Source: the human T2T-CHM13v2.0 reference genome, Homo sapiens. Taken from it: 64,000 bases of DNA. The notes beneath the pieces are model-generated. The model did not search any database. It was not told the origin of the DNA and worked only from the letters and a program-made list of their open reading frames with translations. Position numbers and translations under genes: made by a program. Shown piece by piece: positions 16,171 to 31,644 of this stretch. Position 1 is the first letter of the stretch. The number at the start of each line of letters is the position of its first letter. The stretch lies in NCBI RefSeq assembly GCF_009914755.1, contig NC_060929.1. One strand, written 5' to 3'.

Positions 16171-17273
16171 CCTCAACCACTCAGAAAATTCAATTACGTT
16201 TGATATCATCTACAGCCCAGACTAATAAAGTTGTAATAAAATAATTCATGAAGGTAGATATGATCCATTTTACTTTCTGTAGTTTAAAATATCTGAAACT
16301 CCTACAGGCCCATAGTAAAGCCAGAATATAGTTGGACACTGATTGACTTGGGAATTTTTCTAACTACTGTCTTCTGGATCTCTTTGGCTTTTCAACCCAT
16401 TACCCATTTTAAGTTGGCTCTATTTGGAGATCACATCTCTTTATTCATTTGTTAGCTCTGAGAATCATTGTTTATATGGGCTTTGCTTTGTTTTTAGACT
16501 AGTATCCTGGCATAGCAATCAAGCAGTGCATAAGACGCTAGCCCCAGGTGCACTACCTGACCAGTTCTTCAGGTCTTGAAAATGCTGTCAGCTTACAATG
16601 AGAGTGTTTCTTGCCACATACTTTACAACCCAAATTTGGCAAGTGTATATCTTACCTATTATCAGACATTGATGATAAAAAATTAGTAAGACAAGTCCCT
16701 TACCTATAAAGGCTTACAAGATAAAGAAAAATAGATGTGATCTTTTGCAAATGGGGAACATATCATTTCTAATAGAGACATGTATATTAAACCATCTTAT
16801 AGCTCTTTAATACTAAAGACAATGCTGATAAGACCTTCAAAAAGATGGGTGCTTTCCTTTAGTAGCCAACATTTTTTAGCATACTAAAGAGAGATGTGAT
16901 CTTTTTCCTGCATCATAACAAACCTGGGTTTCAAACATTTTGGTGACTAGAAAAAGTCTAAGGCCAAGAATTCATTAATGAGACACATTATTATAAAGCA
17001 AAAAGATACCGCATCAGAGACAATGTTCTGGAAATATTTCCATGCTCTGAATCTGAAATTTAATTTGCTGATTTTCTGAAATCTCATTAATTGGCAATTC
17101 TTGTCAAAATAAGATAAACAAAAATAAAGTTGGGATCACTTACCAAGTTGTATTTCTTTTGTTTACTTTTCATTTTAGACATACTTAAATCTGGATTAGA
17201 TAATTATATTTAATATATCAAGAGTACCAAAAACAAAATGCTTCATTTAAATATAAGGCTAATTTATGACATA

Positions 17274-17933
17274 CAGTAATTTCCCCATCCCCCACCCAAT
17301 CTGCAGTTTCATTTTCTATGTGGTTTCAATTACCCAGTCAACTGCAGTCCACAAATATTAAATGGAAAATTCCAGACATATAAAATTCATAAGTTTTAAG
17401 TTTTGCACCATTCTGAGTAACGAGATGAGCTATCATCATCCTACTCCATCCTGCCCGGGGTGTGAATCCTCCCTTTGTCCAGCACATCTACACTGTATAT
17501 ACTACTCTCCTGTTCTTCACTTAGTAGCCATGATGGTGATCAGATAGATTGCTGCAGTCTTTGCTGTGCTTGTGTTCAAGTAGTCCTTATCTTACTTAAT
17601 AATGGCCCCAAAACACAAGAGTAGTGGTGCAGGCAACTTGGATATGCCAGAAAGAGGTCATAAAGTGCTTCCTTTAAGTGAAAGATCTAAGTAAGAATGA
17701 ATCTTTTATCCATTAAATTTCAAAGAAAGAGAAAAATATCTGCTAGTTTTGCTGTCATATCTCAAACTGCAAAAGTTATAGCCACAGAGCATAATAAGAG
17801 CTTAGTTAAGATGGAAAAGACATTAAATTTGTGGGTGGAAGACAAACAGAAATACATTCCCATTGACAGCAATTGGGTTGAGTATTAGCCATGATTTCAG
17901 AACACAGGCCCCTCGAATAAGGGAGGACTTCTG
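17274..17933 (+). mobile_element. MER44/Tigger7-family DNA transposon
   Basis: CAGTA...CTG termini flanked by TA on both sides; internal AATATTAAATGGAAAATTCCAGA. Confidence 0.85.
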
Positions 17934-18243
17934 TAGTTACATGAGACAAATGAAATCTTTCATGAGCTGAGCACAGAAGTTCAAGTATACATCCCAGGAA
18001 TTGGTTAGCCCTTCCCAGACAAAATAACTAAATCCTAGGGAATGTCCATAATCAGCTCATGGCCTACATCTGATTATTAACTCCTTCAGAGCTGCAGCTT
18101 CCTCAACAAAGAACAAGGGCACAGCAGAGGGGTCACTGCCTTTATCTTGAGGTTCAAAGTCATTGGTACACAACCAGACATTTTAGAGTGATAGACTGAC
18201 CATTGGGCTCTCAAAAAACTATTATACCTGACTAGTATAGTAA

Positions 18244-18269
18244 TATATATATATATATATATATATGTA

Positions 18270-18304
<35 letters not shown>
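18244..18304. repeat. Compound (TA)n-(CA)n microsatellite
   Basis: Read directly. Confidence 0.95.
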
Positions 18305-19692
18305 AGTAATTATAGGTGTAGGTACATATGTATAATCAGATTTCTCAGCCTTTGTCATAACAGCATCTATTCTGCATCAAGAATTTTATATTGATCTGTA
18401 GTATCCCTTATAAGCATAAAGCTATCTGGAAAACTGAAAGTGCTGATAATCAAAAGTATGTATAATCAAGTCAAATTAAAGGGCATAAGATATGTTTAAG
18501 AGTTATCGAGTTGTCTTAAACAAGTTACTTCTCTATTTTCAGACGATCTGAAAAGTCAGTTAAACAAGGGACAGATGATTTCTACAATCCCATTCCCCTC
18601 CAACACACAGTAACTCTGAGACTCAGACTTACAGGCTCAGGACAGTAGGGAATACATAACTACTGTAAATAAAGGAGATTGGTAATGTAATATACATATA
18701 TATCAAAGATAAGTAAAATTCAGCACACAAAGAAAGGCTAAAAGTCTCTAAAGGAACTCAAAAAGGGGCAAGATCAATAAAGACTAGAAAAGTTTCTATA
18801 ATTGGATAAGGATACTTTGAGGATATACAACTTAAGTCTAATCCTGAGAGATGTGGATAGACAGGAAAGAGGAGGGACAGTCTCCCAGAAGGAAACAGAC
18901 TCAGAAAAGGAAAAATGGGCACAAAAAAGTAGCATCAGTTTTATTTCCCAAATAACCTACACTATTTATTCTAAACTGCTTTTATAATTGGCTAAAATGC
19001 CAATTGGGTGATTAAAAATGTAAAATCCTTAAAGTCTTTAATTGTTGAGAGCTGATGACTTACCATTTTGTAAAAATAAAAATATGGCTTTTCCTAACAT
19101 AGCTAAATGTACCTTAATGTGCATGCTATTATTAAAATGATGGCTTATTTCTGACCACTATAATATGCAATCCTATTATCTTAAGTGCTGGCTGCATATC
19201 CACCTTCCAAGACCAGCCATGTTTTTGTGATTAATGGTATCCCTTTATTTATGATCTAGAATGATGGCATTGCTAAAAGAAAGGGCTTTAAACAGATTTC
19301 AAATTGATGCCCACCTTGCTTTATAAATGATCTAATAAATAACATAAAACAATACATTTAAATTTTAAAATGCAAGACTTAATTTGAAGATATATATTCT
19401 AACTTCAATACATTTTAAGTTTAGAAAAATAAAAGCACATCACATTAAGATATAAAGTCTTAATTTATATCTTTATACTAGATGAAGCAAGTCTGCTTTA
19501 CTTATGAAGGATGGTACCAAAAACATTTGGATAAATGTAACCACCCCTCTTGACCTTGTTAAACACTAGATTTTGATGCTTGGACATATTGCTCATGTGA
19601 ATAGGAGAAAACTTCATTTCATTGATAAACTCTGTTTAAATATTAAGAATTGGCATTTCTCTCCAGCCAATTGTTTTTAAAATGCACACTTA

Positions 19693-19836
<144 letters not shown>

Positions 19837-20307
19837 TCAGAGAAGTGTGTGTTATTCTTTTTAAAAGGGAAATAAAACAAAGCACATTATTAGATCTACT
19901 AAGCAAAATACACAGATATATCTCAGCAGCTAAGTAAATGGTCATATAGCTGTATCCAAATGTTTTGCACCATTATATCACATATCACTGCCCAGTCTTT
20001 GAACCACAAGTATAAGCCAAGTGCAACCAGTTTATATGGCTACTCATTCCTCAGTTTGCACTTAACTATATATCTATTGTTTTCCTGCTTTGTAAATCAG
20101 TTTTTCTACAACTTTTTCAAGAATGTTAATATGTCTGAGTAGATTTTGCATAGTTGGAAGCCTAAGCCCAAAACTGTCATTTCTTTATATTTTCCATGAT
20201 TACTCAAATTGTATTGGGTTTAAAATGAACATTCAATGACTTACTTGAATGAGTGGAGATCAATGCTAAAAATAATCCTTGACATTATTTATCAGAAGCA
20301 GGCAGCA

Positions 20308-20644
<337 letters not shown>

Positions 20645-21013
20645 CTACGGGGTCTCTGAAGGTGTAAGCTTATGAGATTAATGCAAACATTTTAAGTTAA
20701 AAAATTGGGATCTAGGGATTTTTTTCAAAGCTATTAATAAAACCTGACTACTTTGAAGCTTCAGTTTTTCAAAACAGAAACACACAAATACACATACACA
20801 CACACATGCACGCACACAGAGAAAGTAAAATATTAAGTGCTAAACCTTGCTAAACTTTTAGGAAGGAGACACTAATAAAATAGATGATATTATAATATGT
20901 ACAATAAATAATGCATAATAAAATAATTATCATTTTTATACATCTTTGTCATTGTGATTTGCCTGCTTCATTTAAAAACATAAGGACATTACCATAACAT
21001 GAAAACAGTGTTA

Positions 21014-21202
<189 letters not shown>

Positions 21203-21249
21203 TCAATTGATAGACAAATGATAATTTCATTATCTCCTTTATATATACA

Positions 21250-21880
21250 CGTTTTTAATTGCCAGGTAATAACTGTATATAATGTATATATTTATACAGG
21301 TAATACATGTATATATTTATGGCATACATGGTGTTTTTATATGGATAGTAGACCCCCCTTATCCACAGTTTCCCTTTCTGAGGTCTGTCACCCCAGGAAA
21401 GTACGGTACAATAAGATTTGAGAGACAGAATGCATTCTTATAACTTTTATTACAGTATATTGTTATAACTGTTCTATTATTAGTTATTGTGACTAATGTC
21501 TCATAGTCTAATTTGTAAATTAAAATGAATGATACACATATGTAGGAAAAACAACTTATATAGGGTTTGGTACTACCCACAGGTCAGGCATCCACTGGGG
21601 TTTTGGAACATATTCCCCTTGGATAAGGGAGGATACTATATACATTGTTGAACAGCTAAATCAAGCTATTTATAAATGCACACACTTTTTTATGGTAAAA
21701 ACACTTAAAAATCTCTAAGCAATTTTCTAGTATAAAATATATTATTAACCATAGTCGCCATGGTGTTCCGCAGATCTCTTGAATTTATTCCTCCTAAATA
21801 AAATTATGTATCCTTTGACCAACATCTCACCAACCCCTCACCCCCAGCCTCCATAACCACCATTTCACCTTTCTGTCTGT
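21250..21880 (-). mobile_element. L1MA/MB-type 3' end interrupted by a MER44A-like element (21346-21640)
   Basis: L1 3' UTR antisense resumes after the MER44 (TAGTAGACCCCCCTTATCCAC...GGATAAGGGAGGATACTA). Confidence 0.8.
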
Positions 21881-23439
21881 GATACTATCCCCCTCTTCAA
21901 AAGCCTGGCGCTTTAAGTGACTCATACTTAAAAGTAGGATGGATATTTTATCCACAGATTATCACTGAAGTCCCCTTGTAACAGATGTCTTCTATTACAT
22001 AAGGGAAAGTTCTAACTCCATCATTTGTGGCCACCCAAAAGAATGAAAGTAGAAAGAAAAGTCCATATACTGGAATTCAAATTCATAGCAATGGTGTCAT
22101 CAAGCATCAGTTTCTGGTAACCCAATCTTCCATTAATCAACAAGTATTTACTGTAAACCCACCATGTGTCAAGTCCTGTACTATTTATTCCAACACAGTT
22201 AAGTATTAAGACATGAGCACTGCTCTCTAAGAAATTAAAGCCAATATGAACAAAACACATACCTACAGAGTTGGGCCCCAGGTTCAATCTTAAATGTCAA
22301 AGAATGCCTCCTAGAGGGACAAAAACACCTTACAAAACAACTCATCCTCCTATGGGGCTTAAGGTTTATGGAGGCTACATAAAAGGAACAAACCATTATC
22401 TACAAGGAAGGTAAGTCTAGCCTTACCACTGTGTACTATTTGGTCCCAAATGAGTCACCTAGTGAATATTCATGAGCAATCAGTTGTAAACTTTTCCCTT
22501 TCCCCTACTTCATCCACACTATGCACAAAAGAAAACAAGAAAGCAGATTCTGTAGCAATCATTCATACTCAATATCACCTCTCCTTTATTCTCACTATAC
22601 AGCCAGGCTAAAAAGAAAGAATAACATCTGAATCCTGATATACTGCTACCTTAACATGCCAGTTATGAGCTCACATCCACTGCCTAACAGTCTCCCAGAC
22701 AGACACAACCTGAAGTGGTCAAGGTGACAGCATAAATATCCATCATTCTTTTCTTCCCCTAAAAATATGCCAGCACACTGCTCAAACCCTGAGAAATAAG
22801 TCTAGGCAGAGACAGAAAGGGCTTGAGCCACAAAGAGTTTTCCCTCTTTTCTATTCATCTGCTTCTGTTTTAAACATATATTTTTTAATATATTAGAAAT
22901 TACAAGTGTGATAGCCTGAATAAACAGGCCAACAGAAGGATCGTAAGATAAAGTTGAGGATATCTCCTAGACACACTTAAAAAGTGCATATATCTAATCC
23001 AACCAATTCATTTCACAGGTCAAATTTTTGAAGCTTAGAAGGATCTTGTACTTTACCCAAAACTGTATTAAAGCAAGACCAGATCCAAGGTTTTATTTGG
23101 CCTTCTACCTCAGGGCCTTTCTACTACAATATGCTTCTCTCCATGTTTTTTGAAACCTCTCATACTCCACTTCTCATTTTTTGATATAAAATAAATCTTT
23201 GTGAGTGTTCTATTTCTTCCTGTATAACTCTGCTGTCATTACCTCCACCCAAAAGTGAAGAGTCAGGCCCTTATAGCTGGAAGGGGAAGAAAATTAAAGA
23301 GTTCATCCACAGCTCAACAGTCTGTGCAGTAAGATCACCCTAACTATTTCAATATGCTGAGAAACACAAATCCCACATAGAGAGGAAGTTGGAAGAAAAC
23401 TCATTTCCCCTATATACCTATAGAGGCTTTTTACATTAA

Positions 23440-23625
23440 GGTATCCATTCCCTCAAGCATTTATCCTTTGAGTTACAATCCGAATACACTTGAAGCTATT
23501 TTTAAATGTACAATTAAGTTGCTATTGACTATAGTCACCCTATTGTGCTATCAAACAGAAGGTCTTATTCATTCTTTCTAATTTTTGGTACCCATTAACC
23601 CTCACTACCTCTCCCCTGCCCACAA
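23440..23625 (-). mobile_element. L1MA (L1MA2/3-like) 3' UTR fragment
   Basis: CCCTCAAGCATTTATCCTTTGAGTTACAA and TTGACTATAGTCACCCT blocks. Confidence 0.75.
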
Positions 23626-24174
23626 ATAAAAGCATATAACTACAGGCTTGTCAAGAATTCTATTTTTTTGTTTCATCTGATAGTTTTCACTACAGTTAGA
23701 AATTACCAAAGAGCTTGCCACACTCTCTGCAAAAAAATATACTTCAAAAGTATTTTAGGGAAGACATGTTTACCCAGATAATCAAAAGTTAAAAGCATAA
23801 AGTGAAGATGTTTTCCAGGTAATCTGAGAAGGGCTCAAGACAATGAAGAACCTGCAGGTACTTGTTTTTTTCATTATTCATATATTCAGTTAACAATATT
23901 TGTTGACATTTGATATCTATTTACTAACAGGTCAACTTATACTACAACAGATTGTATCCTAAGAAACCCAACATCTAGTTTAGGAGATAGTGTGCCATAA
24001 TAGATCATGCTCTTGGGATCAAAAAATACCCTTGCTTCAAATTCCAATTCTGCCACAGTTGTATGAATCTAGGAAAATTACTTAACCACTGCATCTCTTT
24101 TTCATGGGGGGAGAAGGTATTTTAAGTTTACAAAAAGATGATAATTGTTTTCTAGGAATGTAGTAAGGATCAAA

Positions 24175-24611
24175 TGATGTTATATACAGAAGCCCTGTTG
24201 CAGGACTATAGAAGATATCCAGGGGATACTAGCTTCCTTTGGAAAATGCAAACTTTTCTTCATTCTCCACTAGGGCAGTAAGATCAATTTGTCATTTATT
24301 GGAGTTTAGTTTTAATTTTAATTGTATATAAATGTATATATTTATGCAGGTAACAAATGTATATATTTATGGCATACATGGTGTTTTTATATGTACAGTA
24401 GACCCCCCCCCCCCACCGCTTATCCACAGTTTCCCTGAGGTTATGTATGTATATAACATATTCTGATGTTATATACAGAAGCCCTGTGCCTGGACTATAG
24501 AAGATACTCAGGGGTTGTTAGCTTCCTTTGGAAAATGCAAACTTTTCTTCATTCTCTACCAGGGCAGTAAGACCAACTTGTCATTTATTGGAGTTTAGTT
24601 TTAATTTTTAA
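24175..24611. repeat. ~147-bp direct duplication (24175-24321, 24464-24611) enclosing a copy of 21271-21384
   Basis: Aligned by eye; see findings. Confidence 0.92.
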
Positions 24612-25444
24612 CCACCTCACTCTACCCTATACACACACTCCACTGATTTTACAAAGAATGTTTTTAAACACAATTCATACTGTAGCAAATTAACCCAGGT
24701 GATCTTTGTTGAAGGTTTTCAAAAAGACATAGGCCTTAGCTTTAAGATTACTTTCACATGAGGTGATATTTATTTTGTCACCTTACAGTTAAATAAATGA
24801 CAAGGAACAGCTGATATTGTCCAAGTATCACAGTTTGAGAAACAAAAGTGGGGAGAAGTTATATGGAGAGAAGTAAAGAGATACACGTTATAAAGAAAAG
24901 GCAGTAATATGTGAGTGGATACACTCACAGACCTGCAGAGCACGGCATCACTCCCAAGAGGTAGTGATGTGTGTGAAAATACTTTAGCTGTCCAGAAGAG
25001 GACCGGTGTCTACCAAAGGTAGAATTTTCACCTTGAACTAAACACTGCCAATTATGCACATGTGACAAGAATAAATCTCAAGGAGCTCACAGAGAGTTAC
25101 AACACTAGGCAATTCTCTACAGCAGTGGTGTGCATTGTTATTGAGGGAACATACATGTTCTTCTCCAATGCTGGAGGGATACTCAGTGCTCCGAAGGAGC
25201 ACAGATGAAGGAGTAATTCATTCTACCTGGTGGACTAGAAAACCAAAGTTTGCCAGGTGTTAAATACTTGTCAGGACAGTGATTCCAAACAAGGGAGCCA
25301 CATGAGTAAGAGTTCAGCGATATGAAAAGGCTGTGTGGTTACAGACATGCGGGATCAGGTCTCATGGAGAGAGGTTCATGAAGATGAGGCTGGAGAAGCA
25401 GACTGAGGCAGTTTGTAAAAAGCCTTACAGACCACACTGCAGAG

Positions 25445-25545
25445 TTTCTTTTTTCTTTTCTTTTTAATTTTTTTATTTCCATAGGTTTTTGGGGAACAAG
25501 TAGTATTTGGTTACATGAGTAAGTTCTTTAGTGTTGATTTGTGAC
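25445..25545 (-). mobile_element. Short L1PB-type 3' end
   Basis: T-rich tail + TTTATTTCCATAGGTTTTTGGGGAACAAG...GGTTACATGAGTAAGTTCTTTAGTG. Confidence 0.75.
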
Positions 25546-26334
25546 TTGATCATTCCATGACGAAGGGACAGCAAAGCTTTTGAAACAGATGTCACAACTC
25601 AAAGGAAGCCTGAATTAAGAAAGTGGTATGGAAACTCATTATTTCTTTCCTTCACTCATTTGTACCAACTATACAAAATACTGGGGCTACAAAGTTAAAA
25701 TATTGAAAATAAAACCCAGACATAGCCCCTGCTATAATGAAACTTACAAACTAGCAAAGATAGTAGTCATTAAATAATTACAAAATTTTAAACACAATCA
25801 TAGTATTTAATTGGGGAGCTATAAGGAAGAAACAGTTGCTGAGAAAGAATGCCAGGGACAGCACTGAGGAACATTTCAGAAAGAGGCACACATATGACAC
25901 TTGGTGATCAATTGGAAGTGCAGCAAGGAGAAGAGAAGATGGTTCCAGGATTTCCAGCTTACATACTGGATGGATACTGGTGCTGTTAAGCACAGTGATA
26001 GAAGAACAAAACAAGGAATGGGAAAGCCACTTTATGGCTAGTTTGCTTTGGATCAGAAAGAGCTTTAAGCACCAACTGACATCCAAGTGAAGTTCACCAG
26101 TTGCACCAGAAGGACTGCAGCTCAGGAGAGTCAGAGGTTGGAAAGAGATTTGGGAAAAGACAGGGTCAAGGATGAATGGTGGGTAAAGTGTTAGTGGTAC
26201 TCTTATAAACTTTTTCCCACTAATAATTTTCTATAGTGAAAATAGTATTAAATGCTCCCCACTGCCCCTCAGTAATAATGAAGAAAAGAAGATACCTCCC
26301 AATAGTCTATTTTCACCTAAGTCCATGCCAGATA

Positions 26335-26516
26335 ACTCTGAAAGGGGCAGTCAGTCCCCAGACCAGCAGCATCAACATCACCTGGAACTTATCAATGCAA
26401 AGTTTAGGGCCCCACCCAGGACCTATTAAATTAGAAATTCTGGGGGTGGGTACAGCAATCTGTTTTAGAAAACCTCCAGGTAATGCTGATGCACTCTCAG
26501 GTCTGCGAGACACTGG
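26335..26516. mobile_element. MER5A (hAT-Charlie MITE)
   Basis: CCCCAGACCAGCAGCATCAACATCACCTGG...CCTCCAGGTAATGCTGATGCAC. Confidence 0.8.
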
Positions 26517-26844
26517 GCCTGCCCATTATAAAAATGTTAAACATTTAAGAAAATAACTATCTCGTTTTAGCTGTTAGTTATGTTTAGTGGAAAAACTCAA
26601 GGTTTCTGTTTGCCTGGAGGGTTCTCTCATCCGTACTTTAAACATGTGTAGAATATCTGATCTATGCAGAGTAGTGTGTTTGTTGAGGGAGACTAAGTGT
26701 AAGGCATAAATATGGTCTCTGCCATCGGGGAACTGTCATCTGGTTGAGGAGACAATATACACATCTGAAAAGTTAAACAAGTAGATAAGTGGTACAGTTC
26801 AACAGAAGCAGCAGGTGAGGATTTAAAGTGCTAAACAATAAGGG

Positions 26845-27141
<297 letters not shown>

Positions 27142-27949
27142 CTAGGGGAATAGTGGAAGGCAGGAGTTAGACCTATGATAATCAAGCCTGACAGGGCTAA
27201 GTTTGAACTCTGTATGAACTTTTAATGAGATATAGCAGAACCCCTTATTTGCATCTCGTCCCTCTAAGATGAGGTTTGCTGAGCTTCGGAAATGGTTTAA
27301 TGATATACTCAAGATGGAAAAGACTTGAAGTGAGTAAATTACAGTTGGGCAAATCAGTAACTGTCAAAAGAAGGAACGTTCCTGACCTCGGCCCAAGGGT
27401 ATCGCTGTGCTCTGGTTTGTATTAGCTTCAGCACCGCTGCAATCTCACTGAAGGTCAAGTTCCCTTTTAATAATGCTTTATATATCCAAGTCTATCTGCA
27501 GTTATAAAAATGCTTCCTAAGAGGCATTTAAGAGTAAAATGGTCCAGTTCTGAACCATTCCCTAGCACCTACCGAAGGAGCTCAGTGGCTCCTCTGTGTT
27601 CTCAGCGGTCAGGGATTGGATGCAGGAAAGAGCAATGGGGCCAGGCAGGCACGCTTCAGGAGTAAGCACCGTGTGCATGGCACGCTGTCAAGCTCAGACC
27701 TATTACTGAATACCAAGGAAGAGGCTCCCGCGATTGAGACGGCGGGGATAAAGCCACCCTCCTGGACCTGGCGCTCTGGTCCTGTAATTCGCTCCTAGGG
27801 CTCCAGACAGGGGTGGGCTTACAAGCGAGGACAGTGCATAAGGCAAAACCACAAGTCAGTCCACGGTGGGAATGCCTCCGGATACCACTCGGTGGAGAGT
27901 CGGCAGTGGGGCACAAAAAGGATTTCAAAGGGCTCTGAAAACCGAAAGC

Positions 27950-29250
<1,301 letters not shown>

Positions 29251-29539
29251 CGTTCACGTTTCTAACATTTCTCAGCCCCTTCTCCCCACATCTGGCCTTG
29301 GCTTACATAGAGTAAGTTTGCTGTGAGCACTTGCCTCGAACTGTCGGTCAAGAGGTGTGAGCAACAAGGCTTGCAGAGGAACAAGATTAAGACTGGACCT
29401 CTGTGACCTGAGTTTAGCACACCTTTTCTTCCCCATCATCCAAGTTTGCGAATTTCGGGCTCTTTCTCGCACTGGAGTCCCAGCAACCCCAGAGATTACT
29501 AAAGATGCAACCATAAAAGCAGTATATTGCTTTAACCTT

Positions 29540-29690
29540 AGGCAAGTTAGATAACTTCCCTAAGCCTCAGTGTCCTCATCTGCAAATTAGGATTGCTTGT
29601 GATACAACGTCATAACGTTTCTATGAGTTAATTCATGCAAAGTTTATGGCCTTATTATGAGGAGTCAATAAATGTTAGGCATTATTATAA
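29540..29690 (+). mobile_element. MIR
   Basis: Core GGCAAGTT...AAGCCTCAGTGTCCTCATCTGCAAA; end TCAATAAATGTTAG. Confidence 0.75.
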
Positions 29691-30988
29691 GTTTATTCCA
29701 TTGTAGCAGTTCATTGACATGGCACGTACATATTCGCCAAGCCTTGTCTTTTGACCAACTCCTTGAGGACATGAGCCACGACTGATTTCTCCAGAACTGT
29801 CTTTGCACTTAGCAGAGTGGAAAGACCAAGTGGAAGCTCAATAGCATTTTATTTGATTAAGGCCTGACCAAGTTCTGAGAATGTGATGTTAGTTTTGAAC
29901 CAAAGCAAAGCACACAAAAATTAAATGAGATCTTAGCTTCCTTAGCAAATACAGTAAGGTAATGAACAGTGAAGATGCAGTTCAAAGTTTGTCCATAAAA
30001 TCATTTGCCCTTTCATGGTATTCTTTTAACTCTGAACTTTTTTTTTTCCTGTAAATATTATAATTTTAGTCAAAATCAGTTAAGGAGTAAGATACCAAGT
30101 TAGACTATTCAATTACACTGGAGAAATTAACTTATTGCTAGTTGGTATTTCAACACATTTTAAGAAGTTGGATTGGGGGGAAATTCAAGTACTGTAACTA
30201 AAGTCCCATAACTAGTGATAATTTAGCATATAGCAGCTGTTGTACCTTTAACTTACACAATGTGAAAAAAACTAGCATTCCAATTGAGTCTGCTTTTCCA
30301 CTTTTGCCCATTGCGATTGGGTCTGCTTTTCCACTTTTGCCCTTCCACAGGGCACATGAAATGGAAAAACTGCATTGGCAACTTTGCCGGTGGTCATATG
30401 ACTGACTCTTGGCTGGTCTCACTTTGTTGCTCTTGGCTGAGGAAGACACATTTTAAATGTTGCATGCTATGTGACTAAGTCTCCTGAGAAAATCACCCTA
30501 ATTACTGTATGGTCAAAACACACTGTACTGTATTTTTGATGACTGTGACTTCATTTTATACTTTTTAAATAATGTGCAAGTCTCTTCAACTTGAATAAAT
30601 TAGATTACAAATTACAAAAAAAGTTCTTATGTGCTGATTTCACTTCTAGTTACACAAAGGCACTTCAATTTTAATTGGTGTGCAAAATTTTACTTCTTTT
30701 AAATATCTGAACTTTTCCGAACTAGTAAGGATATTTCCCACTTGCTTTGAAAGGCAGTTTCTGGCAAATATGTTATATTCTGGAAACCTTTCTTTGTGGA
30801 ATCTTACAGTTTAACTTCCACACTTTTAAAAACTGGGAGAATTGGATTCAAAGCCTTTAAACAAAAGGTCTGATTCCAGTCATGCAATGAGGAAAGATTT
30901 TTTTGTTTGTTTTTTTGTATTTTTTTTTGTTTTTTTGTATTATGTTATGATACGTATGTGTATGTGTGGGTGTGGGTGTACATACACC

Positions 30989-31644
30989 AAGTCATGTGCT
31001 ACATAACATTTTGGTCAATAATGGACAGCATATATGATGGTGGTCCCATAAGATTATAATAACATATTTTACTGTAGCTTTTTTATGTTTAGAAATGTTT
31101 AGCCATGTGCAGTGGCCCACGCCTGCAATCCCAGCACTTTGGGTGGCCAAGGCAAGTGGATCGCTTGAGCCCAGGAGTTCGAGACCAGCCTAGGCAACAT
31201 GGTGAAACCCCGTCTCTACAAAAACAGACAAACAAAAAAATTAGCTGGTGTGGTGGAGCACACCTGTAGCCAGCTACTGGGGTGGGGTGGGCAGTGGGGA
31301 CTGAGTAAGGAGGATTGCTTGAGCCTGGGAGGCAGAGGTTGCAGTGAGCCGAGATTGCTCCTCTGCATGCCAGAGCAAGACTCTGTCTCAAAATAAAAGA
31401 AAGAACAGAAAAATTTAAATACACAAATAACTACCATTATGTTACAATTGCCTACTAAATATTGTACAGTAACATGCTGTACAAGTTTGTAGCCTAGGAG
31501 CATAAGCCATACCATATAGCCTAGGTGTGTAGTAGGTTAGACCATCCAGGTTTATGTCAGTATATTCTGTATTAGCACAATGACAAAATAGCCTAGCATC
31601 TCATTTCTCAGAACCTGTCTTTGTCATTAAGCAAGGCATGACTG
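30989..31644 (+). mobile_element. Tigger3-family (Tigger3a/MER7-like) element interrupted by an AluJ (31101-31410)
   Basis: AGTCATG...CATGACTG inverted termini; GGTGGTCCCATAAGATTATAAT block; Alu in the middle. Confidence 0.85.

Noticed and set aside
24923-25060. Possible cryptic OXCT1 exon ending at a GTGAGT donor (24928-24923, minus)
   Set aside because: I found no convincing acceptor giving a plausible exon length, and the exonic side of the donor is weak.
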